Shown here one piece after another: positions 59,058 through 64,000 of a DNA stretch of 64,000 nucleotides. The position numbers and the translations under genes are program-made. This DNA comes from Ptychomitrium polyphyllum. Lineage: Eukaryota. Under the pieces are notes generated by a model. It was not told the DNA's origin and did not search any database. It worked only from the letters and a program-made list of their open reading frames with translations. The first letter of the stretch is position 1. Every line of letters begins with the position of its first letter. Where the stretch lies: NCBI GenBank assembly GCA_973851085.1, contig OZ316775.1:11718001-11782000 (forward strand). The letters run 5' to 3'.

Positions 59058-59545
59058 TTGACTGTTGAAAGACTTCCTTGAGGATTTAATCTCCGGGGTT
59101 GGATCGTAGTGTCAACTGCCTAGTGCTCCGCCCCTAGGCTGCTCCGCGGTATGGCTGTGGCTTGGTGGTGGCACCAGATCTGGAACTGCTTCTAGAGGGT
59201 TGACACGAGGAATCATACCTTTAAATGCTGCTCGGTATTCCAACCTTTATGAGTAGGGGTAAGGTAAGGTACTGTAGCACTAGGGGCTTCTTGGCAGTCG
59301 GAAAGGAAATTTAACATCAGGTCAACCTTGTCCAGAATACGGGGAAACAGTACTAGATTAGACTAAGTATGACCTGGAAAGAATGGCACTGTGATAGAAT
59401 TGACTTGACATGAAATGTTTGACAACCACGTTGTACAGTAGAAGACAGTTAAGGAAAAAGTTGCTTGAACGTGAATCTGAACTGACCGACCCTGACTAGA
59501 CTTAACTTATTAAGTCTAATCATATAGTGACATGAGATCGGTCAA
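59058..59545 (-). promoter_or_regulatory. W-box cluster upstream of the WRKY gene
   Basis: TTGACT at 59058 and 59400, GGTCAA (TTGACC on the minus strand) at 59320 and 59540, plus several TTGACA/TGAC cores within ~500 bp. Confidence 0.5.
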
Positions 59546-59849
59546 GAATAGTAAACAGGAACGACTGTAACTGACTTCTGTAAACCCTTCGATGTGTAAG
59601 AAGGGTGTTCCTATCTGCACCCATCCACGGATAAATGAAAATCCAAGTGCACAGCCTCAATAGCTTCACAACTCCTCCATCTTGATAAAGTTTAGCAGCT
59701 ACAATGCTACATGACCGTCTAGTGAATCCCAAGTTACCAACTTGGATTCCCAGTCAGCCAAGGCTCATGGATGGCATATCTTTCTTTCAGAAGCGGTTTC
59801 AAACAAACCAACAAACATCGAGCCACAAATTATAGTGGTATGAATAACC

Positions 59850-62800
59850 ACTACGGACCTAAATGTGCAAATTTTAATATAAATTTTAATATATACCAAT
59901 GCTTCTAATCAATAATCAAATTGTCATTTTTCAAAACTATTATATCACTTTTATAACATTCTTCAACAATTAGCAACAATTCACCTTCACAAAGTGCTAG
60001 GAATCTAAATATCAATGAAAAGAATTCATCTTGGCTGTAATATTATCAATTCATGAGGTTGATGGAAGTGGTTTAACAACCATTACAAAGCTTTTTACAA
60101 TGATAAATGCACATTGTGGTTTTACAACTATTGAAACCATACTATGAAAAACATTGAATTTTACAAAATAAATATTTATAAAAATTCAAATTTTTTGTAT
60201 TTCTTCATAACTTTGCATTTCAAAGCCATAGTTATAGTTGAGTCTATGGCAAATGACATACTGTTTAATGATAAAATAAAATGAATTTATGCAAAAGTTA
60301 AAATCAATGGATTGAACTCATAGATGGCCTTCATCTTCAAATTAACAATAGAATTATACCTTTTAAAGACTCAAATTGTTCATACCAAATCTCCAAAAAA
60401 TGTCAAAATAACATCATTTGTTTGTTCAAATTTATTTCATTATTCATTATTGAATACAATACAGAAAAACCACTTTACCTTCTATTGCTTATTCAATTAT
60501 TTTGACCAATTAATTATGCTTAAAATACAACCATTAATTTTAGAAAAGAAACTTTGAAAACACAAAATAAAATAGCCCAATTTGCTTGAAAACATGAAGC
60601 AAACAGTCAAATTTACCTATGTACCATTCAAGTACCATCGTGATATTACCAAGTATCTTCTAAATAATATATGAATACAAGAAAACTATGGCTATAAGGT
60701 ATAAATGGAGGATTTTTTTTTTAAAAACACTAATATTTCGTTATGTTTAACTTTGTTGCTTAAGTGATATCAGAAATCCTACATGCTATGTCAAAGCTAT
60801 GAAATCCAGTGTTAATGTGGAATTTCACACCATTCATGAATATTCTCATGAATTCTATCATACTATCAAACACTTCTCAAATTAGTATGAGAATCTGATA
60901 CGAAAACTCCAACCTCTAAAATTCTTGATATTTTTAAACAAAAATGATGGCGATTGTGTATCAATCTCTCATAAACGTTATTATAATTTGTTGAAGCATC
61001 ATCTAGTTCCAACTAATTTGGATGCAAAAAGTAAGAGAATCGTCTAGTAGTGTTACTCACTCTTTGTTCTGATTTTGAATTTCTGTAACTCTCTCAGGAC
61101 TACCGTCGCCCACAGGAGTGGCAGTTCTCGTTGTAGTGACAGTATATAGTACACAAGGTAGTACACGAGGTCAACTGGTGCAGTGTCTGGTCGGCTGGAA
61201 TCTTCGATGTTTCAAGGTTCAACACAAGGTAGACTCTCTGACATGTTTGATCAGTCAATGACGAACAGGGTAAGTTACAGACTCCGAGCTCTGAAGTCTG
61301 TGAGCGACAGACAAGCCTTTCGTCCCACGAGTGACCTTCCAGCGTACCACGTGTCAGTTCATAATGCAACATAGTGGACCGTTGTATTCAGAAGTATTCC
61401 AACATGGAGGCTGAATGCACATTTTATAACTGTCAAGATGAACAAGGAAAATATATTCTGGACAATGATAAGGAAGGATTAGTACTTTTACATATACTTT
61501 ATGATTTGAATAAAACAGTGGACATGAAAACGAGGAGGCGTTCACCAAGAACTTTCTTCATTGAGGGCTGACAGCCTGACATAACACCAATTACACAGGG
61601 CAGTAAAATTTAAGTATTTATACCATTTTGCAGTTTTTAACAGAGGTGTCAGAAATGTCTAGCTTTGAACCTCAAACATTGCAATTTGGTTTTTCAAACG
61701 GTCTCTGAAATAGGTGTTTTAAACATGTGAATGACTACAGTGTTTTCAATACATCAAGGACAACATTATTTTCAGTACATCAGAGACCACAATGTAGCAC
61801 TTAAAGTTTATTCTTGTCAATCTTTTAAAGTCATATATAACGTATTGACGTAGTCATTTTAACCTTTGAAAAATTCTATTTATTTCATGTTTTAAAATAT
61901 TCAAAGGGATTGAACATAAAATACTACCCAGATGATTAATTTGGAATTGATGTGCAAAAAACTTAAAGGATCTTACATTGATGCTACATTTTTAGCACAA
62001 CAAGTAAAGTTAATTTGAATTCAATCTAATGATGTTAATTAAATTTAACACTAGAATGAAGGAAACTGGCTCCTGAAATTTTAAGTATAATTTTTAAGTA
62101 ATGAAACTTGTAAAGTTGGGATTGAATCTTTGACATTAATTGCAAAAGTAAATCAATTGAATTTTGGTTATATATTAATGTTCATATATTAATTGAAAAC
62201 GCAGGTGAATTTAAAAAGATGTATTTTGGTCATTTTAGTCAAAACACATATTTCCATTCAATCATTGGCATGAGTAAGGCCTATCTCTTCCACATATTTT
62301 TTTTCTTACATTAATTTGAATTAACCTTCTTTTTTAACACTATCATTTTATAATTCCATGTATCCAATCTCAACAAATTACCATTGTTAGTTAAGTGGAA
62401 ACTACCTTTGATAAGATTTCGGTGGTTAAATTGATGAATATGCTTCTTTTTAGTCTTTTTATAGTTATTAGCCATAAAATATATAATAATGAAATATTTT
62501 ATTTTAAATAAAATAAATCAAATCCATGTAATAGAAGAATAAGATTGTAAATCAAGTAAAAAAACATTCATGTTAATTATAATAATTTTTTAAAATTTTA
62601 AAAATCTATCAAAAAATTTCAAATTAATTACAATAAATATTCAAAAGACCTAATAATTTTATTGCAATTATAGGAGAATGTGATAATTTATGAAGGTGAA
62701 AATTGAATATATTGTAAATATTTTATTTGTCATTTCAAAGAAAACTCACTATTAGTATTAATATAAGTATCTTCTTCATTCAAATTTTCTTCTATATAAA

Positions 62801-64000
62801 TTATAATAAACACCTTTTAATTCTTTCTATATTAAATTATTCATAGCTTTTAAAACTTTGCATGTCTAAGTCATTTACAATAAGGAATATAAAATTAATA
62901 TCATGGTTTAAATTTTAAACCATAAAATATTAAGCTTTTATTTTTGGAGAATTATTGCAACACAACTTAATATTATTTGTATATTGATATTTATGAACTG
63001 ACTTTTCAAAGAATATGATGAAGCTTAATTAAATCATAAATTTCACTTCTTTAAACTTGAACATCTTTAAACAAAAAATTCAAAGTCTATTAATTTAATA
63101 ATTAAAACTCTAAGATTTTTTTATCATGAAATTTAATAAAGTTCCATTATTAAATTGCATATTACATACACAAAAGCTTCAATTCTTTTTATTAAGAACT
63201 TATAATATGATAAGGGCCAAATTTGAGTTATTTCTTAATATCAATGAGGTAGTAAGTTGGAAATTTGAATTTCAAATGGAAATTGTTATTTAAAAGAGAC
63301 TTAAAATAAAAATTATTTGTATGGTAGTGCATCTTGTGTATCACAATACGTTCAACTTTGCTTCAAAAAATTTCTTATTTTATTAAAATTACATGTAATT
63401 TTTATAAAGAACAAATTGACATACATTATAGACACTCAAGATTCAATTGAGTGTATTCTACTATTCCGTTACAATCTAATTTCTATAATTCTTACTTGTA
63501 TAATTTTAACATTACTACAATTGGGTTACATTTTGCATTCTTAAGTTAGAAGTCTAGAGCCAAAAAAGAACATCACCAATCAATTGTTAAATTAATGGAA
63601 ATTCAATTTAGTACAATGTCAGAAATTGATGATTTATGAATAACATATCATTATGAACTTTAAATGAAATAACTGTAGAAAAGAAGTTCAATCTAGGTAT
63701 GTTCTTCCAACTTATAAGAGCTATAACACTATAAGAGTTAGAAACTCACTGGCCCCATATGCCTGACAATTAAAAGGTCAATTTGTACAATATCACCCAC
63801 ACTACACTCCAAACTTCAATTTATTGTGATGTACACTAGTTTTTACTTTCACCTTTACATCTTTTGATGGACTTCCACTACAACAGTCCTTCTATCAGAA
63901 AAGGTGAAGATTAGTTGACGAGCTCTCATACTATCCTTACGCTTTGATTTAGGTGAGAAGAATATTCACGGCATAAACTGATTTCATCGCATAAAAACAT
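59850..64000. other. AT-rich intergenic block, probable decayed repeat DNA (interrupted by a GC-richer island at ~61080-61600)
   Basis: Low GC and no credible ORFs. Boundaries are approximate. Confidence 0.35.

Overview
Eukaryotic plant genomic DNA. Gene islands separated by very AT-rich blocks, the intron sizes and a KIF7/KIF27-type kinesin suggest a moss such as Physcomitrium; this is an inference. Gene models were traced by hand from GT-AG sites and reading frame. From left to right: the 5' part of a BTB/POZ gene (-, leaving the window); two convergent intronless ~200-aa ORFs that are clearly paralogous and carry a motif resembling the retroelement Gag major homology region; a 3-exon DUF1218 membrane protein gene (-); eIF5A (-, 5 exons); a 12-exon ATG2 (-) that appears to lack the conserved C-terminal end; a 27-exon kinesin-4 of KIF7/KIF27 type (+) preceded by a uORF whose stop overlaps the start codon (ATGA); and a group IIb WRKY gene (-) with an extra classical C2H2 zinc finger and W-boxes upstream. 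The best novelty candidate is the convergent paralog pair at 1082-2536, possibly domesticated Gag/capsid-derived genes. No database searches were run, and comparisons to known proteins are from memory.
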